Shown one piece after another: positions 26,352 through 35,892 of a stretch of DNA of 64,000 bases. Below the pieces are notes generated by a model. It was given only the letters and a program-made list of their open reading frames with translations, ran no database searches and was not told the origin of the DNA. Where the stretch lies: positions 550,695 to 614,694 of the forward strand of contig CAVVNI010000003.1 of assembly GCA_963749585.1 (NCBI GenBank), given 5' to 3'. The position numbers and the translations under genes are program-made. The stretch's first letter is position 1. Each line of letters opens with the position of its first letter. This DNA comes from an uncultured Actinomycetota bacterium. GTDB lineage: Bacteria > Actinomycetota > Actinomycetes > Actinomycetales > Dermatophilaceae.

Positions 26352-26485
26352 CGCTCAGCGTCGCGCTGGCCGAACCGGGCCTCAGGGCCATGACCAGGGC
26401 GATTCGGGCAGAATGTGCAGTTCAGCCCTAGGCCGTGCTGAGCACCCACGATAGCCAGGTGCTTTGATTGTCGTAAGATTCACGG

Positions 26486-28588
26486 GTGTCGACCATCGCT
26501 GACGCCATCACTTCACGGGTGAGCTCCCGCATTGTTGCCGTGCTCGGCATCCTCTTCGCGATCGTCATGATCGTCGGCGTGGGCCAAGGCGAGCGGTCTC
26601 CATCGCCGACCGACTCCCTGCCTCAGGGATTCGACAACACCGAGGGTGTCGCCCTCTTGGACGAGCTGCCCGCAGAGGACAACTCGACAGCCATTGTGCT
26701 GTTCACGGTCGATTCCGGTGTGCAGGAGCAACTAGGGTCGCTGCAGCAGGTGGTCGACTCACTGGAAACGACCGACGGCGAGGCCTACCCCCCTGGTCAA
26801 GTGGTGCCTTCGCAGGATGGCACCGCCGCCATCGCGATCGTGACAGTGCCTTCACAGACGGCGACCGACACCTCTGCTGAGATCACGGCCTTGCGAGACA
26901 CCCTGGATGAGGAGGTGCCAGAAGGGGTCACCGCGGCCGTCACCGGCCCGGCCGCCGTCGAGGCCGATCTGGCGGCCGTCTTCGAAGGCGCCAACTTCAC
27001 CCTGCTGCTGACGACCGCCTCGGTCGTTGCGGTCCTACTCCTGGTGACCTACCGCAGCCCATCGCTGTGGATCATCCCGCTGCTGGTCATTGGCTTGGGA
27101 GATCTGTTCGCCTCCACCGCCGCGACGCGAGTCCTGGAGGCGACGGGGATACCGTGGGACGAGTCGACCGTCGGCATCCTGTCGGTCCTGGTCTTCGGAG
27201 CCGGGACGAACTATGCCTTGTTGTTGATCTCGCGTTACCGAGACGAGCTCAAACGGTACTCCAGCCGGTATGAGGCGATGAACCTCGCCCTACGACGCAC
27301 CTCGGAGGCTGTGTTCGCGAGTGCCTCCACTGTCTTCTTGGGCTTGCTGACCTTCTTGCTCTCGGTCTTTCCCGCTACCCGCGGGCTGGGACTGGCCTGT
27401 GCCGTCGGCATCCTCGTCGCCGCCACCTTCGCGTTGGTCATCCTTCCGGCGGTGCTCGTGCAGTTCGGTCGCTGGGTGTTCTGGCCTTTGGTGCCCCAGG
27501 AAGGTCAGCCTGCTTTGGCCGACGGCAAGTCCATCTGGAAGCGCGTCGGTGATCTGGTCGCGAAACGTCCACCGGCCTTCATTGCAGGCACTTTGGCCGT
27601 GTTGATCCTGGCGGCTTTCGGCACCACGCGCATCGACCTCGGGCTGCCCACCAGCGAGCAGTTCCTGCAGGAACCGGAGGCCATCAGTGCCGCAGAACGC
27701 CTCGGTGAGTCCTTCCCCGCGGGGAGCGCCGATCCCACGGTCGTGGTGACACGCAGCACCGACGAGCAGGAACTGGGAGAGATTCAAACAGCGATCGAGG
27801 GCGTGGACGCAGTGGACTCCGTCCGGCCGGGTGAACCGAATACCGAGGCAGGGATCACCACCTTCGAGGTCGTCCTGTCCGCCGCTCCCAGCACGAGCGA
27901 GGGTGAGCAGGCCGTCATCGATCTGCGTGAGGCGCTGGAGGGGCAGGACGAGACCTACGTCACGGGAGCCGACGCTGAGGCGCTGGACGTCGACGAGGCC
28001 ACCGCACGAGACCGTACCCTGATCCTCCCGCTCATCCTCGGGCTGGTCCTGTTCGCGTTGTTCGGCCTGTTGCGCTCCTTCGTCGCGCCGATCATCTTGG
28101 TCTCCACCGTGCTGTTGACCTATCTTTCGGCGCTGGGCGTCTCCTGGGTCCTGTTCACATCCGTCTTCGGGTTCTCCGGCCTCGATTCCGGCGTGCCTTT
28201 GCTGGCGTTCCTCTTCCTGGTCGCGCTCGGCGTCGACTACAACATCTTCTTGATCACCAGAGCCCTGGAGGAGACGAAGGTCGTCGGCGCGCGCAAGGGC
28301 ATTCTGCGCGCCCTGGCCGCGACAGGCGGTGTGATCACCAGCGCCGGAATCCTGCTGGCGGCGGTCTTCGCGGCGCTGGGCGTCCTGCCCCTGGTCGTCC
28401 TGGCCCAGCTCGGCGTCATCATCTTCGTCGGAGTCCTGATCGACACCCTGATCGTTCGCACCGTCCTGGTGCCTGCGATCGTGTTGACCATGGGAGACAC
28501 GTTCTACTGGCCGCGCAAGCTGCAGCCGGGGAGGCATTCAGAAGAAATGGTCGAGGCACAGCGCCAGGCCGATCCAGCACTTATTTGA
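26486..28588 (+). CDS. MMPL-family (RND superfamily) membrane transporter
   Basis: 700 aa; two blocks of about 6 TM helices, each preceded by an extracytoplasmic domain; YRS..LW..PL; GAGTNYALLLISRYREEL-type motif; GVDYNIFL..R..EE. Confidence 0.85.
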   Translation: MSTIADAITSRVSSRIVAVLGILFAIVMIVGVGQGERSPSPTDSLPQGFDNTEGVALLDELPAEDNSTAIVLFTVDSGVQEQLGSLQQVVDSLETTDGEAYPPGQVVPSQDGTAAIAIVTVPSQTATDTSAEITALRDTLDEEVPEGVTAAVTGPAAVEADLAAVFEGANFTLLLTTASVVAVLLLVTYRSPSLWIIPLLVIGLGDLFASTAATRVLEATGIPWDESTVGILSVLVFGAGTNYALLLISRYRDELKRYSSRYEAMNLALRRTSEAVFASASTVFLGLLTFLLSVFPATRGLGLACAVGILVAATFALVILPAVLVQFGRWVFWPLVPQEGQPALADGKSIWKRVGDLVAKRPPAFIAGTLAVLILAAFGTTRIDLGLPTSEQFLQEPEAISAAERLGESFPAGSADPTVVVTRSTDEQELGEIQTAIEGVDAVDSVRPGEPNTEAGITTFEVVLSAAPSTSEGEQAVIDLREALEGQDETYVTGADAEALDVDEATARDRTLILPLILGLVLFALFGLLRSFVAPIILVSTVLLTYLSALGVSWVLFTSVFGFSGLDSGVPLLAFLFLVALGVDYNIFLITRALEETKVVGARKGILRALAATGGVITSAGILLAAVFAALGVLPLVVLAQLGVIIFVGVLIDTLIVRTVLVPAIVLTMGDTFYWPRKLQPGRHSEEMVEAQRQADPALI

Positions 28589-28597
28589 GGAGGCCCG

Positions 28598-29527
28598 ATG
28601 GTCACCCACACCATGAAATCGCAGGTAGGACGCGCCACCGGCTCGGTCCAACTGATGATCGGCCATGCGCTTCGCGCCAAAGTGGCCGGCGACGACGCAC
28701 CAACCCGCGCTCAGCGCATCTGGGGCGCCGACGGACAGCGTTGGTTCAGCCCGACCGACCCGGTATGGCGCGTGCACGCCGACGCCGCCATGTTCCCGGC
28801 CGGCGTGACGGCTTTGCTGATGCAGATGCTGCATCCGATGGCGATGGCCGGGGTCGCCGGGCACAGCGGATACAAGGGTGACGTGTGGGGACGGCTGCAG
28901 CGGACCAGCAACTACTTGGCCACCACGACGTTCGGCACCATCCGCGACGCGGAGCAGACGATCGGGCATGTGCGGTCCATCCATCGACGCGTCCGTGGCA
29001 AGGACGAACATGGCCGTCCCTATCGCGCTAGCGACCCGCACTTGTTGATGTGGGTGCACATCGCCGAGATCGACGCCTTCCTGCGAGGATTCCAGGCCTA
29101 CGCGCCACAGCCACTGACGACGCGCGAGGCGGACACCTATGTGCGCCAGGCAGGTCTGTCCGCACGCAAGCTCGGCGTCATCGAGCCTCCCACCACCGTC
29201 GCCCAGCTGAATGACGCCCTGGCCGCATACCGGCCCGAGATGGAATCCACTCCCGCAGCACGGGAAGCTGCACGGTTCCTGTTGCTGTCCCCACCGTTGC
29301 CGTGGTCGGCCCGGGCCGGCTATGGCGCTATTGCCGCCGGCGGGGTGGCCTTGTTGCCGCAGTGGGCGCGGCAGATGCTGGGCCTGCCGGTGCCGGAAGC
29401 AGTGGCACGCTGGGTGGCGCAACCGCTTGGCCACCTGGGCACAGCGACGGTGCGCTGGGCGATGTCCGGCCTGGAGCAGAGTCGCACAGAGATCTCCCCG
29501 GGGGCTGGGCATCGGAAGGCTTCCTGA
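28598..29527 (+). CDS. MpaB-family oxygenase (DUF2236)
   Basis: VWRVHAD.AMF..G..ALLMQMLHP.AMAGV..HS.Y..D.WGRL.RT..YL..TTFG, IH..V.G.D..GR.Y.A.DP.LL.WVH. GAGGAGG RBS. Confidence 0.75.
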   Translation: MVTHTMKSQVGRATGSVQLMIGHALRAKVAGDDAPTRAQRIWGADGQRWFSPTDPVWRVHADAAMFPAGVTALLMQMLHPMAMAGVAGHSGYKGDVWGRLQRTSNYLATTTFGTIRDAEQTIGHVRSIHRRVRGKDEHGRPYRASDPHLLMWVHIAEIDAFLRGFQAYAPQPLTTREADTYVRQAGLSARKLGVIEPPTTVAQLNDALAAYRPEMESTPAAREAARFLLLSPPLPWSARAGYGAIAAGGVALLPQWARQMLGLPVPEAVARWVAQPLGHLGTATVRWAMSGLEQSRTEISPGAGHRKAS

Positions 29528-29638
29528 GATCCGACCCGGCGGGAGGGGCGGCATCTGGCCGGACAGGCGCGGTCACATGGTGCACAGTGGTGACATGACG
29601 CTGAACCCACAGACCGCCGTGCAGGATGGCGAGGCCGA

Positions 29639-30892
29639 GTGACCGCAAGACACGAGGTCGTGGTCGTCGGGGCCGGACTGGCCGGTCTGATGTGTGCCAA
29701 CCAGCTCCAGGAGGCCGGCGTGGACGTCGCCGTGCTGGAAGCCGCCGAAGCGGTCGGGGGGCGGATCCGCACCGATGTCATCGACGGCTTCGTGATGGAT
29801 CGTGGGTTCCAGGTCCTCAACCCCGCCTACCCAGCGGTCCGCGAACACATCGACGTCGCCGCGCTGGATTTGCAGCAGTTCGGCTCCGGTGCCGGGGTGT
29901 TGCGCGATGACGGCACAATCGCGGTGCTGGCCGATCCGCTGCGCGAACCAAGGCACCTCCTCGATCTGCTCCGCAGCGGCTATCTCGACCCAGCGGCGCT
30001 GGTTGCGCTGGCGCGCTGGGCAGGGCCATCGCTCGGTCCGACCTCGGCGCTGACGTCCGGGCCGGACGAGAGCCGCGGGTCGGCGATGGCCCGAGCAGGT
30101 CTGCGTGGCCCGCTCAGCCGGGTCGTCGATGCCTTTGTCGCGGGCGTCGTGCTCGAAGACGACGGCAGCACCTCCAACAACTTCACACAGCTACTGCTGC
30201 GCATGTTTGCCTTCGGGTCCCCCGGGCTTCCCCGTGGGGGAATGCAAGCTTTCCCGCAACAGCTCGCAGACCGGCTCGTGCGGCCGGTACAGACCGACAC
30301 TGCCGCTCGGGCGGTCGAAGAGGCACACGGTCACGGCCAGGTGCGGACCGAGCAGGGCACGGTCGAGGCTGAGCTCGTGGTGATGGCCACCGGGCCCTCC
30401 GCGTCGGCTCAGCTACTCGGCACTGCGGAGCCACAGATGAAGGGTGTAGTGACCGACTGGTTCACCATGCCGGTGGCGCCGAGCGACCTACCGATGTTGA
30501 TCGTGGACGGGCGCCAACGGCCTGGCCCGATCAAGAACACGGCGGTCGTGACCGCCGCCGCTGCGTCATATGCCCCTGAGGGCACGGCGTTGGTGCAGAG
30601 CTCAGCCCTGATGCAGCCGGGTCATCAGCCGCCATCGATACCAGAGATCCTGGCTCACGCCGCTGAGATGTATGCCGTTTCGACCCAGGACTGGGAGTTG
30701 ATCCACCGACACGAGGTCCCGCACGCCTTGCCGGTCCAACACCCGCCGCTGTCGACGCGTCGGCCGATGCAGGTCAGCGACCATGTCATCACCTGTGGTG
30801 ACCATCTGGACACTGCCTCGATTCAAGGCGCCATGGTCAGCGGGACGCGGGCTGCCCAGGGCTTTCTGCGGCGGCGCTCTCAGCGGCCTTGA
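29639..30892 (+). CDS. NAD(P)/FAD-dependent oxidoreductase (amine-oxidase / phytoene-desaturase-like fold)
   Basis: VVVVGAGLAGLMCANQLQEAGVDVAVLEA.EAVGGRIRT (dinucleotide-binding motif plus GGR), C-terminal GD......SIQGA..SG..AA. Confidence 0.75.
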   Translation: MTARHEVVVVGAGLAGLMCANQLQEAGVDVAVLEAAEAVGGRIRTDVIDGFVMDRGFQVLNPAYPAVREHIDVAALDLQQFGSGAGVLRDDGTIAVLADPLREPRHLLDLLRSGYLDPAALVALARWAGPSLGPTSALTSGPDESRGSAMARAGLRGPLSRVVDAFVAGVVLEDDGSTSNNFTQLLLRMFAFGSPGLPRGGMQAFPQQLADRLVRPVQTDTAARAVEEAHGHGQVRTEQGTVEAELVVMATGPSASAQLLGTAEPQMKGVVTDWFTMPVAPSDLPMLIVDGRQRPGPIKNTAVVTAAAASYAPEGTALVQSSALMQPGHQPPSIPEILAHAAEMYAVSTQDWELIHRHEVPHALPVQHPPLSTRRPMQVSDHVITCGDHLDTASIQGAMVSGTRAAQGFLRRRSQRP

Positions 30893-32336
30893 TCAGCCCT
30901 CGATGCATCGCGGCAAACGTCGGTTTGTGACCTAGCCACAGCGCGCCCCAATAGCCCAACCCGGCCAGGCCAACGGGGGTGAACTGCGCCTGCTGCTCCA
31001 CGTCGGTGGTGCCCGGCCGCGCACCGGGGCTGACGATGATGATCATCCGAGCCTTACCGGGCGTCCTCATCCGTGACTTCAGGTGCAGTTCACGACCACC
31101 GTCCTCGCGGTCGACGAGGCGCTCCACGACCCAGGAGTCCACCCGCATACCCTCGGTGAACGGGCCGGTCTCGCGATGGGGCCGGTGGCCGACGCCGCCG
31201 ACGGCGCGGTCAGCGAAACCGCGCACCCGCCACAGCACGTCGGGCACGTGCCAACCCTTGCTTCCGCCCAGCTTCTCCACCTGAGACCACACCTGTTCGA
31301 CGCTGGCGTGGACGGTGCTCTGGTGCTTGTCGGCGAAGACGGTCATGCCCGCCCATTCGGGGTCGGGGGCGCTGATCCTACTCGGCGCGGCGGGGTCTAC
31401 CTCTGGCCGCAGAGCAACCGGCTGGGGTCCGGCCAGCGCCCGTCGTACGGCCTCCTCGAAGTCGAGGAATCCCCCCTCGGGGTCGGGGATGTACTCGGCG
31501 ATGTCGTGTTCCTTGCAGATGACCTCGTGAATGAGGCTGCCCACGAGGGGCTTGGCGATCCCGGACGGCACGGGGGTCACCAGGCCGACCCAATGACTTG
31601 CCAACCCGGGAGTCATCACAGGCAGGGTACGAACCCGACGTTTGGCCAGGCGAGAGACCGCGGCATACCGATCGATCATGTCCTTGTAGGTCAGCACCTC
31701 GCCCGCGCCGATGTCGAAACCCCGGTTCACCTCAGGCGGGAGGTCGGCCGCGGCCACCAGATAGCGCACCACGTCGGTGATGGCGATGGGTTCGATGTTG
31801 GTGGACAGCCAGCGGGGGGCAATCATGATCGGCAGCCGATCGGTCAGGTGTCGCAGCATCTCGAACGACGCGGACCCCGCTCCCAGGATCACCGCGGCCC
31901 GCAGCACTGCGGCAGGCACGGGGGAGTCGATGAAGATATCTTCGGCCTGCTTGCGGGAGCCGAGGTGGGTGGACAGCTCTTCGCCCTGCGGATAGAGCCC
32001 GCTGAGGTACACGATGCGAGAGACGCCCTGTTCGTGGGCCGTGGTGGCGAAGAGCTCCGCCATCTGCTTGTCCTTCTCCACCCAGGCGGCAGAGCCGTCC
32101 ATCGAATGAATGAAGTAGTAGGCCACGTCTACATCGGCCATCGCGGACGTGAGGTGCTCAGCATCGTCGGCGCTGCCTTCGCTGATCTCGACGTCGTCAT
32201 GCCACGGCCGGGCTCGCACCTTCTCAGCGCTGCGGCTGAGTACCCGCACGGTCCAGCCTTCGAGCAACAGCTGCGGGACCAGACGTGAACCGATGTATCC
32301 GGTGGCCCCGGTCACGAGTGCGCGGCGATCAGTCAT
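30837..32336 (-). CDS. NAD(P)-binding SDR/NmrA-like domain fused to a DUF2867 domain
   Basis: RALVTGATGYIGSRLVPQLL.EGW.VRVLSR; C-terminal half of about 170 aa of the DUF2867 type (W..VE..GG..GW). Its 3' end overlaps the convergent gene by 56 nt. Confidence 0.75.
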   Translation of the reverse strand: MTDRRALVTGATGYIGSRLVPQLLLEGWTVRVLSRSAEKVRARPWHDDVEISEGSADDAEHLTSAMADVDVAYYFIHSMDGSAAWVEKDKQMAELFATTAHEQGVSRIVYLSGLYPQGEELSTHLGSRKQAEDIFIDSPVPAAVLRAAVILGAGSASFEMLRHLTDRLPIMIAPRWLSTNIEPIAITDVVRYLVAAADLPPEVNRGFDIGAGEVLTYKDMIDRYAAVSRLAKRRVRTLPVMTPGLASHWVGLVTPVPSGIAKPLVGSLIHEVICKEHDIAEYIPDPEGGFLDFEEAVRRALAGPQPVALRPEVDPAAPSRISAPDPEWAGMTVFADKHQSTVHASVEQVWSQVEKLGGSKGWHVPDVLWRVRGFADRAVGGVGHRPHRETGPFTEGMRVDSWVVERLVDREDGGRELHLKSRMRTPGKARMIIIVSPGARPGTTDVEQQAQFTPVGLAGLGYWGALWLGHKPTFAAMHRGLIKAAESAAAESPGQPASR

Positions 32337-32363
32337 GAGTACTTCTTTCCGAGGACAGAGTCA

Positions 32364-33158
32364 TCACATTGGGGTGAGCGTGGTCAGGAGTGGGGGAAGG
32401 ATGAACAGCATCGACATCGACCAGGTCAGGTGGGTGATGATCGGGCCGAGCACGCCACCGGTCACCCGTCGTTGAAGACCGACCATGACGCCGAGCACGG
32501 CGGCGGCAAAGACCAGCATCAGGTTGCCGGTGCTGATCGTCACCAACGCATAGAGACCGGTGGAGATGAGGACCGGGTGCTTGCGACCGATGGCCGCGAA
32601 GACAGCACCCCTGAAGAACAGCTCTTCGGCGACGCCGTTGATCAAGGTGATGCTGGCTACCAACAGTATCGGGGCCTGGCGGGCGTACTCCAGGACCTCG
32701 TTGACCGGGTCGCGGAGGATCGCGAACTGGGCGACGATCACCGCACCGAGGCAGAACAGCGTCACCGCGAAGACGCCGAGCAAGAACGGTTGGAGGATCG
32801 GTCGTGCGTGATGATCCCCGTGGCGCGTGTGAGCCCACCCCAGGTGCAGCGGTCCGGAGGCGAACGCCCCGATCGTCCACACCACGGCGAGCGCAGCAGT
32901 GGCGAGGTAGAAGCTGGTGTCGCCAGGGGGACGGGTGAGCCCATACCCGAGGAGGAAGGAACCGACGAACAGCGTGCACAAGACGACGATGCGACGCCGT
33001 CGGAACTGCGCATCGGTTTGCTCGTGGTCGCGAGGGACCGGTGTGACCAAGGCCGCCCGGAGGAACCTCAGAAGTTCCTTGGGACTGTTGCTGGGCCGGT
33101 CCGGGAGCACATCGTCGTCGGTGGGCTGCTCGGGGCCGGACCCCGGATGCTCGGTCAT
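32364..33158 (-). CDS. CPBP-family intramembrane glutamic endopeptidase (CAAX protease-like)
   Basis: Polytopic; INGVAEELFFRG (EExxxR motif), GP..THL.W (His motif). Confidence 0.8.
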   Translation of the reverse strand: MTEHPGSGPEQPTDDDVLPDRPSNSPKELLRFLRAALVTPVPRDHEQTDAQFRRRRIVVLCTLFVGSFLLGYGLTRPPGDTSFYLATAALAVVWTIGAFASGPLHLGWAHTRHGDHHARPILQPFLLGVFAVTLFCLGAVIVAQFAILRDPVNEVLEYARQAPILLVASITLINGVAEELFFRGAVFAAIGRKHPVLISTGLYALVTISTGNLMLVFAAAVLGVMVGLQRRVTGGVLGPIITHLTWSMSMLFILPPLLTTLTPM

Positions 33159-33172
33159 CTAGGTGGCGTTCG

Positions 33173-33718
33173 CTACCGCGCCGCGGCGGCAGCCTGCTCC
33201 TCGGTGTGAACGCCGGAGTGGGCCAGCTGGCCACCGATGTCTTCCAGGTGAGCTCGGACAAACCACTGAAACTTCTCCAGCTCGGCCGTCTGTCCGATGA
33301 GGATGTCCTCGGTGACCGGATCGATGTCGCCGAAGGCGTCGATGGCCGCGCGGTTGTCGGTGATGACTCCCACATAGACCAGGTCGAGGGCAGCCAAGTG
33401 TGCCAGGACACCATCTCGCCCGATCGAGTAGTCGTCCCAGGTGCGGTCCGAGACGATCGCGCCCGTGGTTCCTTGCGGAGAGCCGCCCATCGTCGCGATC
33501 CGTTCGGCGATCTCATCGGCGTATCCACGGACCAGGTCGACCTGGGGGTCGATCATCTCGTGCACAGCGATGAAGTGCGGACCGACGACGTTCCAGTGCA
33601 CATGCTTGAGCGTCAGGTGCAGGTCGTTGTAGGCGGACAGACGTTTCTGGAGGGTCGTGATCACGGTGCTGCTCTGATCGTCATCCAGGCCGGGGACTGT
33701 GTATGGGACATGAGCCAT
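33173..33718 (-). CDS. dps: Dps (DNA protection during starvation) ferritin-like protein
   Basis: LQ..L....DL.L.LKHVHWNV.GP.FI.VHEM.D.......D..AERI...GG.P.GT. AAGGAG RBS. Confidence 0.9.
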   Translation of the reverse strand: MAHVPYTVPGLDDDQSSTVITTLQKRLSAYNDLHLTLKHVHWNVVGPHFIAVHEMIDPQVDLVRGYADEIAERIATMGGSPQGTTGAIVSDRTWDDYSIGRDGVLAHLAALDLVYVGVITDNRAAIDAFGDIDPVTEDILIGQTAELEKFQWFVRAHLEDIGGQLAHSGVHTEEQAAAAAR

Positions 33719-33833
33719 GGGTCTGATGAGCTCCTTCTTCTATCGAACTACCCTGAGGTGACGACGTTACCGTGCCACCGGGGCGCTCGCGACGGCGGCC
33801 CTGATCGCGGTAGGCCCAGAACGAGGAGATCTG

Positions 33834-34346
33834 ATGAGTGAAGCTATGGACCGGCCGCAGGAGTCGGTGTGGGACTACCCGCGTCCGCCAGACATCGTGC
33901 CCAGTGACGAAACCGTGGAGATCTACCTAGGGGGTCAGCGAATAGCGCGCTCACAGCGCACATTGCGGGTCCGGGAGACGAGCCACCCACCGACCTACTA
34001 CGTACCGATCGCCGACTTCGCGCCCGACTCGCTGGTTCCGGTCGGCGGCACGACATACTGCGAGTTCAAAGGTGTGGCGCAGTACTTCGATGTCGTTGCT
34101 GAGCCCACCGCTCCAGATCGGGAGATGCCCATCGTCGTGGCACCCCGCGCAGCCTGGCACTACCCGAAGGCGACAGGCCGGTTCGCCGCCCTACTGGACC
34201 ATGTTGCTGTGATGCCCTCAGCGCTCGACCGGTGCGTGGTCGATGGTGAGGTCGTGGTGCCGCAAGAAGGGTCGTTCTACGGCGGATGGATCACCTCACG
34301 TGTCACGGGCCCCTTCAAGGGGGGTCCGGGCACCCTCGGCTGGTGA
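33834..34346 (+). CDS. DUF427 domain protein
   Basis: ESVWDYPRPP, ETSHPP.YY.P..D, T.C.FKG.A.Y..V, AW.YP. ATG 33846 is an alternative start. Confidence 0.8.
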   Translation: MSEAMDRPQESVWDYPRPPDIVPSDETVEIYLGGQRIARSQRTLRVRETSHPPTYYVPIADFAPDSLVPVGGTTYCEFKGVAQYFDVVAEPTAPDREMPIVVAPRAAWHYPKATGRFAALLDHVAVMPSALDRCVVDGEVVVPQEGSFYGGWITSRVTGPFKGGPGTLGW

Positions 34347-34474
34347 TCGACTGTTGATCGAGCAGGCCGGTGACCTGCACCACGGGAACCACTCGTCGTC
34401 CAGTCGGGCGTCTCCGGCCAGAACATGTGGGTGGTCGCTGCCCCGTGGTGTGAGCCCCCACCTACCCTGGGGAG

Positions 34475-35836
34475 ATGCCGACATCCTTGCTCTGGCTCCG
34501 CCGCGACCTTCGGCTGAATGACCTCCCGGCCCTGGGGGCGGCTCATGACGCCGCTGGGGGTGGGCGCATTGTGCCGGTCTTCGTGCTGGACCCCACGTTG
34601 ATGCAGCAGTCGCCGGTGCGCACGTCCTGTCTGTTAAGCGCCCTAGCAGCGGTGCGCGAGTCGTATGACGGCGCTTTGGTCCTGCGCGCCGGGTCCCCGG
34701 AGGAGGTGATCCCGGCCCTGGTGCGAGAGTCGGGGGCAACCTCGGTGCACATCACGGCCGAGTCGACCCCATACGGTCGTCGGCGAGACGAACGAGTGGG
34801 TGCTGCCCTGCCGGGCCACGTGCCGCTGGCGGCCACCGGCTCCGCATACGCCATCGGTCCGGGCACGATCCGCAACGGCTCGGGGGACCCGTACAAGGTC
34901 TTTACGCCGTTCTCGAAGGCGTGGCGTGAGCACGGATGGCATGCGCCGGCGCAGGTGCCCGCTGATCTGCGCTGGCACCGGCAGATCGAGTCCGAGGGCC
35001 TGCCGCAGCGACCGGCAACCGAGGCCACCTTGCCGGAGGTCACCGAGGACGCCGCGCTGCGACGTTGGCACGACTTCCTGGACAGCTCAGTCGCTGACTA
35101 CGGAGACGAACGGGACCGCCCAGATCACCCGGGGACCAGCGAGCTCTCCGTACAGCTGAAGTACGGCACGGTCCATCCGCGCACATTGCTGGCCGACCTG
35201 GCCAGCCGGCGTAGCGAGGGGGCTGATGGGTTCACCACCGAGCTGGCCTGGCGCGAGTTCTACGCCGATGTGCTGTGGCACAACCCTGGCTCCGCGTGGG
35301 GGGACCTGCGACCGCAGTTGCGGTCGATGGCCTACGACGACCCCGACACGGACGAAGAGGTCGCCGCGATGGTGCAGGCGTGGCGCGAGGGGCGCACGGG
35401 ATATCCGTTCGTGGACGCCGGCATGCGACAGCTGTTGGCGCAGGGCTGGATGCACAACCGGGTGCGGATGGTCACGGCGAGCTTCCTGTGTAAGCACCTG
35501 CACGTCTGGTGGCCGCACGGCGCGCGGCATTTCATGCAGCATCTTCGCGACGGCGACCTGGCCTCGAACAACCACGGGTGGCAGTGGGTGGCCGGGACTG
35601 GCACGGACGCGGCGCCATACTTCCGGATCTTCAACCCGACGACCCAGGGCCAACGCTTCGACCCCCAGGGCGACTACGTGCGCCGGTATGTGCCCGAGCT
35701 GCGCCACATACCGGGCAAGGCGGTGCATGAGCCGGGCACAGTCGACGGTGGCTACGATCACGGCTACCCCGAGCCGATCGTGGATCACAAGACCGCCCGC
35801 GAGGAGGCCTTGGCGCGCTACCACAACTCCCGTTGA
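34475..35836 (+). CDS. phr: Deoxyribodipyrimidine photolyase (class I CPD photolyase / cryptochrome family)
   Basis: LLWLRRDLRLNDLPAL, PYKVFTPF.K.W, TS.LS..LK.G..HPR, ELAWREFY, GYPFVDAGMRQL...GWMHNR.RM..ASFL.K.L...W, HGWQWVAGTG.DAAPYFRIFNP..Q...FDP.G.Y.RRYVPEL. Confidence 0.9.
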   Translation: MPTSLLWLRRDLRLNDLPALGAAHDAAGGGRIVPVFVLDPTLMQQSPVRTSCLLSALAAVRESYDGALVLRAGSPEEVIPALVRESGATSVHITAESTPYGRRRDERVGAALPGHVPLAATGSAYAIGPGTIRNGSGDPYKVFTPFSKAWREHGWHAPAQVPADLRWHRQIESEGLPQRPATEATLPEVTEDAALRRWHDFLDSSVADYGDERDRPDHPGTSELSVQLKYGTVHPRTLLADLASRRSEGADGFTTELAWREFYADVLWHNPGSAWGDLRPQLRSMAYDDPDTDEEVAAMVQAWREGRTGYPFVDAGMRQLLAQGWMHNRVRMVTASFLCKHLHVWWPHGARHFMQHLRDGDLASNNHGWQWVAGTGTDAAPYFRIFNPTTQGQRFDPQGDYVRRYVPELRHIPGKAVHEPGTVDGGYDHGYPEPIVDHKTAREEALARYHNSR

Positions 35837-35892
35837 GCGCGGTATTGCTGGCTCATCACTGGACGTGAGCGCGGTGTTCCAGCCCCGGCGGC

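Noticed and set aside
33741-33760. A search for actinobacterial LexA SOS boxes (TCGAAC-N4-GTTCGA) near phr, dps, the alkZ/ycaQ-like gene and elsewhere.
   Set aside because: Several TCGAAC half-sites exist (for example 33744, 12944, 41563), but none has the partner GTTCGA half-site at the correct spacing.
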